Of a stretch of DNA of 64,000 bases, positions 19,163-33,781 are shown in pieces; position 1 is the stretch's first letter, and every line of letters starts with the position of its first letter. The position numbers were made by a program, and so were the translations under genes. This DNA is from the human T2T-CHM13v2.0 reference genome, Homo sapiens. The DNA is taken from the NCBI RefSeq assembly GCF_009914755.1, contig NC_060930.1. The stretch is one strand, 5' to 3'. The notes below the pieces were generated by a model. The model ran no database searches. It saw nothing but the letters and a program-made list of their open reading frames with translations, and was not told the DNA's origin.

Positions 19163-20069
19163 GTAGGCGATATTAACATAATCTCTTTTTATTATAAAAC
19201 AGCTTAATTGTTTTTGGTTTGATGCATGGCTACATTTTGAAGAAGAAATGCAGTGTATAGTTAACCATTGATTGGCGCTTCTTCTATAAGCCCATGTAGC
19301 AAATTTATCATTCTCAATATCACTGAATATAGAAAATTATAAACTTACAGTGGAAGGAACCTTAGTGGTCATGTAGTTCAGTGCTCCATTTTGCATGTGA
19401 TAAAAATGAAGCCCACGGAGGTGGACTAAGGTGCCCACAGTCACACTGCTGAATAATGGCAGGCCAGAGCTGGATGCCAAACCACCTGTGCCCGGTTCTG
19501 GGCTTGCTCTGCTATACCATGCTGCCCTTTCTGGGTATCTTTCTAAATGATTGCTGGATTTGTAGAGTGCATGATACAGTATCCAAGCATGTAGGCTGGC
19601 TAGTCCAGGACCATGGAGTGCCTAGCAAGGCCCCAGGCTTGAAAAGAAATCCCTAACTAATCTCTCAACCTCCATTCTGCAAACATTTATGGAGTACCTG
19701 TGGGTGCCAGGCTCTGAGGACACTCTGTAGGGAACAAACAGATGCTAGTCCAGTTCTCCTGGAGCTTGGAGTCTGGTGATTCACCCCAGGCCAACTAGAA
19801 GTGACTTTGCGTTTTCTTCTTCTATAAGAACGTTATGAGATGTGTTTCTCAACTATTGACAACTGAAATATTAGTCAAAAGTTTACAACTATCAACACTC
19901 ACCCCATGAGGGGAGCCCAATTCTTCCAGCCCCACAGGTGAAAGACCTCTGGAACAAGGAAACAATTCCTTATCAACCTGAATAGAAATGAGGCATTTTC
20001 AGGAGTTTGGGAGAACGAGGCCAATTTAAAAAGTGAACTTTCCAATATGATGACTTAAACCTATGTGTA

Positions 20070-20420
20070 TGTCTTAGTCTGCTATAACAAAACACCATGA
20101 ACTGGGTAGCTTACAGACAACAGAAATTTATTTCTAACAGTTCTGGAGGCTGGGAAGTCCAAGATCAGGGTGCCAGATTTGGCATCTGATGAAGGCCCAC
20201 TTCCTAGTTCCTAAGCCTCTGTCTTTTCTGTATAAACCTCACATGGTGGAAGGGGTGAGGGATCTCTCTGGGGCATGTTTTATAAAGGCATTAATCCCAT
20301 TCATGAGGGCTCCACCCACAAGACCTAATCATCTCCCAAAAGCTCCGCCTCCAATACCATCACCTTATGGGTTAGGATTTCAGCATATGAATTTTGGATG
20401 TACATAAACATTCAGCTCTA
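20070..20420. mobile_element. MST/MLT1A-type MaLR solo LTR
   Basis: tgtcttagtctgctataacaaaacacc...ttctggaggctgggaagtccaagatc...aaacattcag. Confidence 0.8.
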
Positions 20421-20421
20421 A

Positions 20422-20514
20422 CCTAGAACAGTTTCATCCTGAAACCATCCCCCTGCCCCTGGTCCATGGAAAAATTGTCTTCCACGAAACTGGCCCCTGG
20501 TGCCAAAAGGTTGG
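20422..20514 (+). mobile_element. MER1-type (hAT-Charlie) terminal fragment
   Basis: aacagtttcatcctgaaaccatcccc...tccatggaaaaattgtcttccacgaaactggcccctggtgccaaaaggttgg. Confidence 0.8.
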
Positions 20515-20553
20515 TAAAGTTTACATCATTGGCTCTTAAAACTTTTTTCCCCT

Positions 20554-20853
<300 letters not shown>

Positions 20854-21648
20854 TTCCCCTAGGATCAAGAAAAAATAAGCTCAGCAGACAGAGCCAATCA
20901 TGCATGAAGAAATCAGGGAATGTGATCTCAGGGTCATGAAGGTTCACAATGGATCAGTGGAGAAGATGGACTTAGGAATCTAGAATTTTTCTCTGAAAAA
21001 GCATACTAGCAAACCCCTAAGGAAAGAGAAAAATTCCAAGCCCACTTAGTGGCCATGAGTCTGTGTTGGTATCACCAGTCTGGGGTTACCAGCCTCACAG
21101 AGACAGAGTTTCCCAATTTGGTCCTAGATGGTGGGATCAGTTGTCCCAGCAGCTGAAGACTAAAAACAGCCCTGCCTTTCAGCCCTGGCTTTTAGATCCC
21201 AGGCACATTCTCCAGAACCCAGACCCACTGCTCATTTGCATTTGCTCTCCTTTAGTCATTGGTTGGATTGGAAAACGCTCTCCAGAGGTTTGTCCTTAGG
21301 GCCTCCCCCTTAGGCACTGGGACCCTGTCTGGAGGCCTACACCAGCCTCTTTCTAGCTTCTCAGAACTACTGGTTTTTTTTTTGCCATTACTTATTTCTG
21401 GTGTACACTTTTGGAGAAAGTTTTCCCTTTTAAGTTTTCTCTCTGATAATTTGATGTGTTTACTGCCTATCAGTTTAAATTGGTTGACTCTCTAGTCTCA
21501 TTTAAGAGATTGTATATGGAAAAAAAAAGTTATAAAAAAAGGCATAATCTAAACCGGTAAGCCTAAAAAGTTTTTTTAAACCTATACTTAGGTTCTGTAA
21601 ATTTTCATTTGTGATAGCTTTATTTTAATTTCTTTGTTTTATAACCAG

Positions 21649-21777
21649 GATTCAGCAGAAGGACTCTCCATGTTTACCGGAGAAGAGGAAATCTTTGCAT
21701 TTCAGCGCACAATTTCCCGACTCACGGAAATGCAGACTGAACAGTACTGGAATGAAGGAGACAGAACCAAGAAGTAA
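21649..21777 (+). CDS. AFG1L: AFG1L terminal coding exon including TAA stop
   Basis: tttctttgttttataaccag| acceptor. Translates DSAEGLSMFTGEEEIFAFQRTISRLTEMQTEQYWNEGDRTKK*, the AFG1-family C-terminal 'EE.FAF.RT.SRL.EM' motif. Confidence 0.96.
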   Translation, partial: DSAEGLSMFTGEEEIFAFQRTISRLTEMQTEQYWNEGDRTKK

Positions 21778-21793
21778 CTGCCACTTTTGCATA

Positions 21794-21799
21794 AATAAA
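21794..21799 (+). terminator. AFG1L: Proximal polyadenylation signal AATAAA of AFG1L
   Basis: AATAAA begins 17 nt after the stop codon. Further AATAAA hexamers occur downstream (e.g. 23181). Usage cannot be determined from sequence. Confidence 0.5.
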
Positions 21800-24700
21800 A
21801 CTCTAGACAAATGGTTAACGCAGGCAGAACTCCTTATTGTGGGACTTGAAGGAATCATTTTCTCATCATTAATTATGCACTTTGTCCTCTGGACCATTTT
21901 AATCTAAAATTGCTCTCAAGGATCTAGTGGATTAGTAAGTTAAACACTTAACATTTTTTAGGTCTGCTTTTTCTTATTTGGCCTTATTTCTGCACCATGA
22001 AATTAAAATCATCTCATTCCTGAAGATGAATGTAGGACCAGACATTTTAGCTTCACATTAAACCACCTGAATGAACCTTGAATGCACAAGTAAATGCAAG
22101 ACGTCTGGATACCTTCAAGCTTTGGCTGCATGGTGGTGGCATGTTAGAAATACATCTTTTATAATGGGGGAAGAATGCCCTATGTTTCAATTCAAAACAA
22201 AGACAGTTTTCCAATCTGATATAAACTAAAAGGGATAATATTTTAGAATATGGGCTTATATGTGGTTTTTTTTTTTGGTTATGAATTACAGTAAATCTCC
22301 CAGGCCTTCAGATTTCTACATAATGGAAGAATATGTTTTTAACCCTGAGATCAAGTTTAGTAGGCAGGACTTGATCTCAAGTGGTCACAAAGTTTTCTAA
22401 AAAAAAATAGAAAATTATGATGGGATCAAATAAGGAGCAAGTGTCAAATTCCAGCCAACAGGCAGATCTGCAGGCAGAGCTACAAACTCTGCAGCCAGGA
22501 ATGGGGACCAGTGAGAGAGTGTGGGCGGGGGGGTGGGTGTCAGAGTCGTAGGCACTCCAACAGCAGAGGAGACTCCCGCTCACATGAGGCCAGCCGTACC
22601 CCAGTGGACAGCAGGCTCCTTCTCACTGTTGTAGACACTTGCTCTCCTTGCAGCATGCTGCCCCCGCCCTTGCCGCCAACTCTGCCGTGAGATGGACCTA
22701 ATAGGAAATAGGAAAGAAAGCCTGACAAGCCTGCTTCACAGGAAATCTGATTTGTCCTTCACTGAGCTCATCTTTTGCTTCTTTGAGTAAAACCTGGCTT
22801 TACTAACTATTGTCACAAAGTGGATCTTCGGCTGTGGATGAGTGTGAAAAACAGAAAAAATATAAAATCCACAAAATCTTGTGAAAATTAAGCATTTGGG
22901 GGAAGGTAAGGCATAGGTGAGTCAGTCCAATGAATACAATGGTCAACATAAGTAAGCTCTTTGAACCTATTTATTTTCTATTTATTATTATTTTTATTTT
23001 TTATATCTTGGCCACTCTAGCCATCTCCTGGCAGGGGTAGTGTGGCACAGCATGGCCCTATTTAATTTCTTAGTCAATAATCCATCACATAGTCTCTTTT
23101 AGATATTAACCTAATTAAGGCAAGCAGGTAGATGGATGAGTACCCAAGCCGAGAGAAGAGTTTAAATCAAGCCTTCTGTAAATAAAATGTGGTTTAAAGA
23201 TATTTTTATTGAAGTGAAACACAGTAATTTCAAAGAGGTTACGTAATAGGGAGAAAGGATGGGAAATAACCACTTTGTGCTGGATTGAATGCTATATATT
23301 TACATTAGCTCAGTTAAAAAAAATAGTCTTAGAAAGTGAATATTATAACCCCTGTTTAAAAATAAGAAAACTGAGTCTTGGGAAAGTTAAGTAGCTTGAC
23401 CTGAGATTCACAGTTTACAACTACAAAACTCATATACTATATTTTATAACACACTGTCTCTTACTCTTACTATTTAAAAAAAAGAGATTGTTTTAAAAAT
23501 TGATTCATTTAACTCAGTGAATGAAGTTGAAGATAAATTCACAACAGAACCATTGATTTGAACTCAGTGAATATAAAATGTTTAACTTTATTCTTTAGAT
23601 CTTAGCTTTTTACTTTTCACATTCCTTTGGTAATTATTCTGTATCTTAATTTTTAAAAAAATCATGTGAATGGACAGACAGATAGATGGACAGTATGACC
23701 GATAGACAGACCTGTCCCTGAGTGTGAGTGTATGTAGAAGAGTCCCCCTGTCAAGTTATGTTATAAAAGTTCATCTGAGGTCAGATATTGGGAATAAAGT
23801 TTCATTTTTCCATCGAAACAATCACGTAATGTTAGTTGGGGTGCTGGTCAAACGCATAGAAGCCTATGTAATTCTCAGTGTAGCTTCCCTATAATGTCAT
23901 TTTGGTACGAAAGAACTTAAACCCTGAGAAAAAAACTGTAGCTCAGTCTCCACCTAAGTAACTGGAGCATGTGCCCACTTCTGTGCCCCCAATCCGCAAT
24001 CTCCTTCCCCAGTTCCAGGGGCCTGCTGGGATTGGCTGCAGTGGAAGAGGCTCTTTGAGCTGGGAGAAGGGTTTATGCAGAAAGTGGGGCTAGAAGGCTT
24101 TGGCTGGATCTCTGGAGGGGAGGGAGTTCCATGGTGGCTGGAAATCTCCAAAGCTGGTTTCATAAAATAGCATGCAAGAAAAAAACCCAAGTCTTCAAGA
24201 ATAGCCATCACTAGGAAACAGTATGGTAGCTCTACTAAAAGAAAAGTAATGCCAACATGAAAAACAACCCCTAGATTGGAGAGCAACATTTCACTTTATA
24301 TGTCTTTCTTCTGAGCCCTGCCCCTATTACATTCTCAGCATTCCAGTCTTTCTCCATAGAAGTCTCTCAGCAAATGCTCTTTTTTTGAAATGCTTTAAAT
24401 GTATACTTTGAGACGGAGGTTTGAGCTGAGTACTGCTGTGGAAAGCTCCTGCTCAATTCAAAACACAGACCGGGGGGATGTCTTTAGAGTCAGGAGAAAA
24501 CATCATGTGCCAAGGGTGCTCTCCAAACTGATGACTAGTTCCCAGACTTAACAGAGGTCAAGCGGAGAAAAAGGAAAACTTTCTTTAGAGAAGAAAAAGA
24601 AAAATCTTATCACTTCTCATATTTCTTTAGGCAGTGTATGAGCTTATTTGCTGATATCACTAATCCTGAGATGAAAAACAGGATGGACTTAAGTAATTTT

Positions 24701-25729
24701 TAACCTATTTCTGAGGCCAAAAAGACTGTAGTATTATTTTAATCAAATTTATGCATTTTCAGTGGGACTTCAAATTTTAATAATAAGGCAATACTTTTAT
24801 CTTCTTAAAGTATATTTCCTGTACTTATAAGTGTGCAAATGACATAATTTTAAAATTAGTTGGAATATTGAAAAAAATTAAAATTTCACTTGTAAAATAA
24901 GTGGATGTGCTTATATCCATTTATTTATTTAAGAAACACATGATGTTTTCTGTGTCCTGGGCATGGTTCTATGTGCTTTATAAATAAACTCTTTTGATCC
25001 ATATAACAGTCTTATGAGATAGGTGCCATTATAATCATTTTATAGACAGGGAAGCTGAGACACAGAAAACAGCTAAAACAGATTAATGAATTGCTAAGAT
25101 ATAACCGAAGTCAATAAAATTAGCAAAGTGCTAACGTATTAAATTTTCCATTTCATTGCCTCTGTCCTGAAAACAGTATTGCTGGTCCAAGTAACTTGAA
25201 CCTACACTTGACGGCTGCTTTATCTGAGATTAAAAACATGCAGAAGGATTGGGCGCCTGGGTCCCTGACATTTGGGTTCTTGATCAGTTACGGGAATCTG
25301 TCTTGCAGCAAGTCTGTAAGTTACCTTTATTAGATTTACTAATCTCAAAAGAAGTCACTTGCTGGTAGGAAAGGATTTTCTTTGGAAATGAGTTTATAAC
25401 TTCTTTTACAGTCAGAATTAAGATGAATGTTCCCTATTGGCATATAGCAGTTCATTTTTCTGGAACAGAAAATTACAAATGTTAAAATCTGCCCTCTTGT
25501 CGAGTGTCTACTGACTCAGTCCAGCAGCTCACTAGGACCCTCACATCTGTTGCCCTAGCTGGTCATTCGGTCCAGTCAAACATGCCTGTCCACTGACCTT
25601 TCGTCTGTGCTGCATGGAGCCATCAGTCTGTCTTACCTGCTTGCCTAGGGGGCTTTCTGGATGTCGTCCCGAGAATTTTCCTGTCTCAGGGCTGTACTTT
25701 CTGGGTTCCCGGTGGTTGATTGCTGGTCT

Positions 25730-25940
25730 CTAATGATGCAGTGGAAAGGGCTTGAGATCTGGCATTGGAAAATTCAGTTCTGCTAATTATTGTTTTGTGA
25801 CCTCGACCAAGATAGTGCTCTGAGCCTCAGTTGTGTCATCTTATAAATGGGAATCATAATGCCCATTTCATAGAGTTACTATGAGGATTGTTGGTGAAAA
25901 GCGCTTTGCAAATGGCAAAGGATTAAACGAACATCAGTTG
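25730..25940 (+). mobile_element. MIR
   Basis: ctctgagcctcagttgtgtcatcttataaatgggaatcataat core. Confidence 0.7.
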
Positions 25941-26210
25941 TTATTGATACTAATGATTATGATCATAAATCCTACTTTCTGCTTTGTGTTATAGCCTTTT
26001 GAGGAATGCAAAACAGAAGACACATTCCAACCCACTGGTTTCTAACAGAAGGGAAAAGATACGCATTAAATGGCTAGACACCAAGAGCACACGGGTCTGG
26101 CTTAATGAGATGCTGGAGAAGATTGTTAAATTCAAATCCATGTTTTCAGGATTAATACAGAAAATGAATTGTTGCTTGTTTGGTGAACATCAAAGATTTC
26201 CCAGAAAGAG

Positions 26211-26228
26211 GGCACCATCTTGTGGTCA
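26211..26228 (-). promoter_or_regulatory. Candidate CTCF site
   Basis: Reverse complement reads tgaCCACAAGATGGTGcc. Confidence 0.45.
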
Positions 26229-27031
26229 GTAGGATGAACTGACAGGAGAAAAAAAAAAGGCCAGTGGTTTTCAAGGCTACACATTCCTAGGCCTAGGTCC
26301 ACATCCAGGGTCAGGTATGGTGGGTCAGATGTGGGGCCCCAGCATCAGCACTTGTTAATGTTCCTTGTAAGATTCTAAGGTGCAGCAGGGTTGATCACCG
26401 CCAATCAGGCAGGCCGTGGAGCTCTTGCCTGTGACTACACAGCCGGTACGCACAGAGAGCCCTGCCTGCAGCTGGGTCCTGACTCTGGGCGCCTGATGCA
26501 GAGACCACGGCACTTTCCAGGGAGCAGAGGCTGTTGCTATGATTCCTGGAGCCCAGGTCATCAGCACACTGGCACACACAAAGTCACCTCCCAGAGCCCA
26601 CCCCTCTCCTCCCTGGGGACCAAGGCTCCTCTGCCTTTCTTCTCCACCCACACTAACAACGTCAAAATAGTTAACCACGCAGCACTTCCTAGTTTAGAAA
26701 GCACTTTAGGAGGCCAAGGCGGAAGGATCGTTTGCTCCTACCATATCCGTCGTCCACAGCAAATTCTGCAAGGGAGATGCAATTATCCTACTACCCATGA
26801 GGAAACTGGGGCACTCGGAGGGTAAGTGGTTTCACAAGCATATCGAGTAAGCATATGTCTTCTGGATCCCGACCCTGTGCTCTGCAGCCCTTCTGGTAGT
26901 AGTAATAATAGTAGCCCCCATTTTAAAGTCATCGTGGGTCTTGAGGCTAGAACAGGAAAGATGTGGGTGTAGGGGTATGCACAAGGGTGTTGTTTTGCAC
27001 AACCCCATATGTGATGGCAAAGAACTGGAAT

Positions 27032-27775
<744 letters not shown>

Positions 27776-28969
27776 AAGGCTGAGTTTATTGCTAATGGGA
27801 TGAAGGATTCCCATGTGCCCACTGGAGCCCACTGGTAAGAGCTGGTATTGGCAACTGGAGTGGAGAGGGGGTGCTAAGCATGGGAAGGGTGGGGCCAAGC
27901 TGGATGGGAATTTGAATACAGGAGAAGATGGTAGCCAGTCTTCCCATTGAGACCCCCTAGCCACTGCCTCATGTCATCCTTGTTGCTGCCTACTGCTCTG
28001 AGCCCTAAGCACTTTGCCAGCCCAGCCCCAACCTTGCAACTCTCTTCTTTAGCTTCTCCTCCTGTGTCTCAGCTCCTCCTTCTCTGAAAGCTTCTGGTTC
28101 CTTTTCCTTTTCTCACCATCTAAGTTCTTTCTTGGATCCACATAAAAATGGCGATTATAAAAAACAACACCCAATATTATACAAAGTACTTTCACACATA
28201 ACGTCTTTTTCACACTCTTTTCTTGATGTCCATAGCAACAAATACCAGCTGATGCCAGTTATTCTCAAGTGTGTCTTCCCATCCCTGACTCCACCAGTCT
28301 CCTGTTCTGTACTTCCAATTGCCTACTGGATCTCTCCTTTTGAATGTTGCGTAAACTCAGTGTGTCTCAAATAGTTACCCAACCCAATCCTCCACACTGA
28401 AATATCTTCTGGCAGTGCTACACCTTTTGCAGTGATACTGTCTCAGGCACTCACACAGCTGCAGTACTCTAATACTCTGCCACTGGCCCCTTGGCAGTCG
28501 ACAAGAGCCAGTGATGTTGGGAACAGAAAAGAAGGGATAGACATTAGAATCATGTTACATGATGGAGAAAGGGTTCAAGATAAGTATCAGTGCAGGACAG
28601 GACTTGGAGAATGGTTAGTTATTGGAATGAATGGCAAATCCAACAATCTGAAGACAGGAGCAGTTTGAGCAAAGGTGATCCCAGGACTTTCAGCCTGTCC
28701 TGCATGTTTCTACGGTTTCGTCTACAGTGACTGGATCAGTTCTGGAGTCTCCCAGTTCTCATTATCCACCTGGGGGCTGGGGATAAGACTCCAGAGAGTC
28801 CTAGGACAAGCTGGCCTTTGGGAATGCAGTAGATAGTTCTCATTTCTCTGATTCACTCTTTAATTTATTGAATAAACACTGTCAAGTGCTTCTTATGACA
28901 AGGCACTCTGCTAGATGCTATGTGGGACATAATGAAGTTTACAGCTTTAAAAAAAAAAGTCATTATTTT

Positions 28970-29075
28970 GGCCAGGCACGATGGCTCACGCCTATAATCC
29001 CAACACTTTGGGAGGCCAAGGTTGGGGGATCACTTGAAGCCAGGAGTGAAAAGAAAGAAAAAAGAAAAAGAAAAA
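28970..29075 (+). mobile_element. Short Alu 5' fragment with A-rich tail and TSD
   Basis: 78 nt of Alu left arm, then a (GAAAA)n tail; agt(c/t)attatttt on both sides. Confidence 0.8.
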
Positions 29076-29318
29076 GAGTTATTATTTTAATAGGAGAATC
29101 TATAGATTGGTTACATTGCTCCTTAAGGAAAAGTCAGCAATTTAAATCAAAATTAAAGCTTGAATCTCTAAAACTGGCTAACCTCATCTGGAACATGTGG
29201 CTCCCGCTTGCACCTAAGATCACCTTCTCCATTGTCTACCAGGCTAGCGTGAGCCACACCTGTTCAGTTTTCCAACTATCAGCTAAGAGAAAGACTTCAT
29301 TAATATTTGGAGGATACA

Positions 29319-29601
29319 GGCCGGGCACAGTGTCTCATACTTGTAATCCCAGCACTTTGGGAGGCTGAGGCAGGTGGATTGCTTGAGGCCAGGGGTTCAA
29401 GACCTGCCTGGCAAACACGGTGAAACCCCATATCCACAAAAAATATGAAAATTAGCCAGACATGGTGGTTTGTGCCTGTAATTCCATCTTCTTGGGAGGC
29501 TGAGGCAGGAGAATCACTTAAATCCAGGAGGCGGAGGTTGTAGTGAGCCGAGACTGTGCCTTTGCACTCCAGCCTGGGCAACAGAATGAAACTCTCAAAA
29601 A
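29319..29601 (+). mobile_element. Alu
   Basis: Forward dimer. Confidence 0.93.
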
Positions 29602-29869
29602 TATATATATATTTTGGGGAAACAGATAATAAATTCAGAAAATACTTGGAATCTAGATGATATGGCTAATAAAATTTAATGTGATCATCTTCAGCATGAA
29701 TCTCCACTTTGTTCTAGCTCTCCTTCCAGATTCCAGATACCTCTTCTATCCCCTCCACAAGACGATACTCACAGACATACATATACCTCTGAGTGCTTCC
29801 TGGAAAGGGCAGAGTCCAAAAAGAAGCCTCTTCTCCATGACAGTCATTGCTAGAACTTGCCCATAACCA

Positions 29870-30295
29870 GTTCTCTCTTTCCAAGCACACAGGTGGGGTC
29901 ACACTTTCTGCCCCCTTGGCAGTTAGGCAAGGCCATGTGATTATTTCTGAGCAGTTAGTTGGCAGTGAGTGGAAGTGATGTGACATGTGTCATTTCCAAG
30001 GTGAAGCTCTTACTAGCTGGCTTGAGAACTTTTAGATCTCTTTTCTTTTGCATGGAAAACCTGGAAATACCATGTTGAGACAGAGACACCCAAGATAAAA
30101 TTGCCTGGAAGGCTGAGCCACCACATGAAAATGCCAAACTACCCATGGCAAATGCTGTGTGAGCAAGAAATAAAATTACATTCTGTTTTTTTCTTGGAGA
30201 AATAAGGGAAAAAATAAAAATAAATTACATTCTAATAAACCATGGAGACCTTTGGCGTTATTTGTTATGGCAGCATAATCCAGCTTGTCTTGGCT
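29870..30295 (+). mobile_element. MLT1-type LTR
   Basis: gcagttaggcaaggccatgtga...ggaagtgatgtg...gagcaagaaataaa...ttgttatggcagcataatccagc. Confidence 0.65.
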
Positions 30296-31099
30296 ATACA
30301 CCAGACGGCCCGCAGGCCAGCCCCTTCAGGGTCTGTTTCTTGTCTGAGGACCTGACCCTTCCTTGGGAATTATTGACACTAAGAATGGCTGCTCTCCTTG
30401 GCTTCATCTCCAGACCCATGTGGCTTGTCTCTGGAGGGCTTAGCAATAGCAACACATCTCTCTATTGCCCCAAACCTCAACATTCACACATATGCTATAA
30501 CTGCCCCAAGAAGAACCCCCCTGCATCCCTTAACTTTAAATACTGTCTTACTTGGGTTTTGTGTTTTTGGGTCACAGTGAAAATATTAGGTAGACAGGTT
30601 TAAATGTATCCGATGACTTTAAACCCGACTTTGATACTCAAGTGGCCAAGAAAGCTGCTTCCAATTCTTTAGGGCTTGGACTTGAGCCGTCAGTTGTTTA
30701 AAACTCTAAGCAGATGCAAGTTATAAAAACCATTTGTTCACATATGAAGTCTGCATCCATAGAAAACCATTTTCAGAGTTGAAATCAATCTAACCAAAGA
30801 AGAATAGGCAGGGCATAAAATCAAGCAGTGCCAAGGCACATGCTTAACCTGACCCATAAGGAATCCAGCCTTTCATTCCTCCAGCAGGTGGGGATCCAGA
30901 GGCATCCTGAGAGAAGGGGCAGGTGGGAAGAACAGAGCACCATTAGGAGTCAGGAGTGTATCTGAGATCCTGTACTGCTACTAACCATATATAATCTCAT
31001 GCACATAACTTTGGGTAAGTCACTTAATGTTACTCTTTGGGCCTCATCTAAGACCTTTATTTCTGTGAAGCTCTGATGATTTATAGTTTGATCAAACGG

Positions 31100-31865
31100 T
31101 GTATACAGATGGCCCATACACACACGAAAAGATGCTCAGTATCATGACTCATTAGGGAAATGCAAATCAAAATCACTGTGAGACACCACTTCACACTACT
31201 AGGATGGTTAGAATCAAAGAGATGGAGAATAAAAAAGGCTGGCAAGGATGTGAAGAAATTGGAACTCATATGCTGCTGATGAAAATGTAAAATGGTATAG
31301 CTTTGGAAAACAGTTTGGCAGCTCCTCAAAATATTAAGCATCTAGCAATTCTACTCCTAGATACCTAAGAGAAATAAAAATATATATCCGCACAAGAACT
31401 TGTACATGAATGTTTGCAAAAGATTATTATATTAGCCCCAAAGTGAAAACCCAAATGTCCACTACCTGATGAATGGATAAACATGATGTGGCATTACATA
31501 CAAAGTAGTAGTATCCAGCAGCGAAAATGAAGTCCTGATACGTGCTGCTACAAGGATGGACCTTGAAAACATTATTCTCAGTGAAAGAAGCCAATCATGA
31601 AGGGCACACATATGTATGGCTCCATGTGTATGATATGTCAAGTGGGCAAATCTATAGCGATAAAGAGTAGGGCCTGGGGGTGAGGGCAGGAATGAGGAAT
31701 AATTGCTAATGGGTACAAGATTTCTTTTAGGGGTAATGAAAACATCTGAAATTAGATTGTAGTGGTGATCGCACAACTCTGTGACTAGACTAAAAATTGC
31801 TGAACTGTGTGCCTTCCATGGTTGGATTTTATGGTATGTGAATTATCAAGCTATTAAAAATAGTG
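31100..31865 (+). mobile_element. L1MB-type 3' fragment
   Basis: attagggaaatgcaaatcaaaa...ggatggaccttgaaaacatt...attttatggtatgtgaatta. Confidence 0.85.
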
Positions 31866-31870
31866 TACAG

Positions 31871-32193
<323 letters not shown>

Positions 32194-33009
32194 TCATTCA
32201 TTCATTCATTCATTCATCATTTACTTGCTGTCTACTCTGTGCCAGGAGCCGGGCACACTGAGAATAATGAGACAAACTCCCTCACCATGACAGACTTGTA
32301 ATCTTTTAGGGACAACAGACAGACATAATGTGGTGTCAAGGAAGAGCCTTGCCCAGGTATCCTGGGAAGACCAGGGCACTCAAGTCAGCCAGGAAATGTA
32401 GTAAAAGGCATAGAAAGGACTGAGGGACAAACACTGTGCTGGGGAGGAGAGATGCAGAATAACAAAACCCATCCCTAGTCTCCAGGAGATGAAAAGAGTT
32501 GAGAGAGCACCAGTGCAGGGCCGAGTGTCATCCATACAACGAGAAATTACAAAGTGCTCTGGCAATTCAGAAGAGGGAGCTATAATGAATGTTATTCTTC
32601 TGAATGTTCAGAGAGAAATTAGACATAATTTGGTCCTTCAAGACATAACAATTCCCCTTTAGAACCCCAAATTCAGGGTGCACAGTGTAAAAACTGCTGC
32701 TATCATCAAAATGTGTCCCTCATTTTGCACTAATAACCTATCACATTTTAACCAAACTTTGAAAAGGCAGAATATTAAATTCAATTGCTAAAGAAGTATC
32801 AGTTGATTTCTATTGATTAGAGCAACATAGTTTGTAGAATTAAAAATAATTGCTTATGCTTTTGTGGTACTGACATAATTAGATTTAACAGCACAAAAAT
32901 AATGCTCAAGCCATGACAAAGCAACTTTAAGTCTGGGGCAAAATAGACAGCTGATGTATGGATGAGCTAAACTCCCACCTTACCATCACCACTTTGTAGC
33001 CCATAGTTA

Positions 33010-33781
<772 letters not shown>

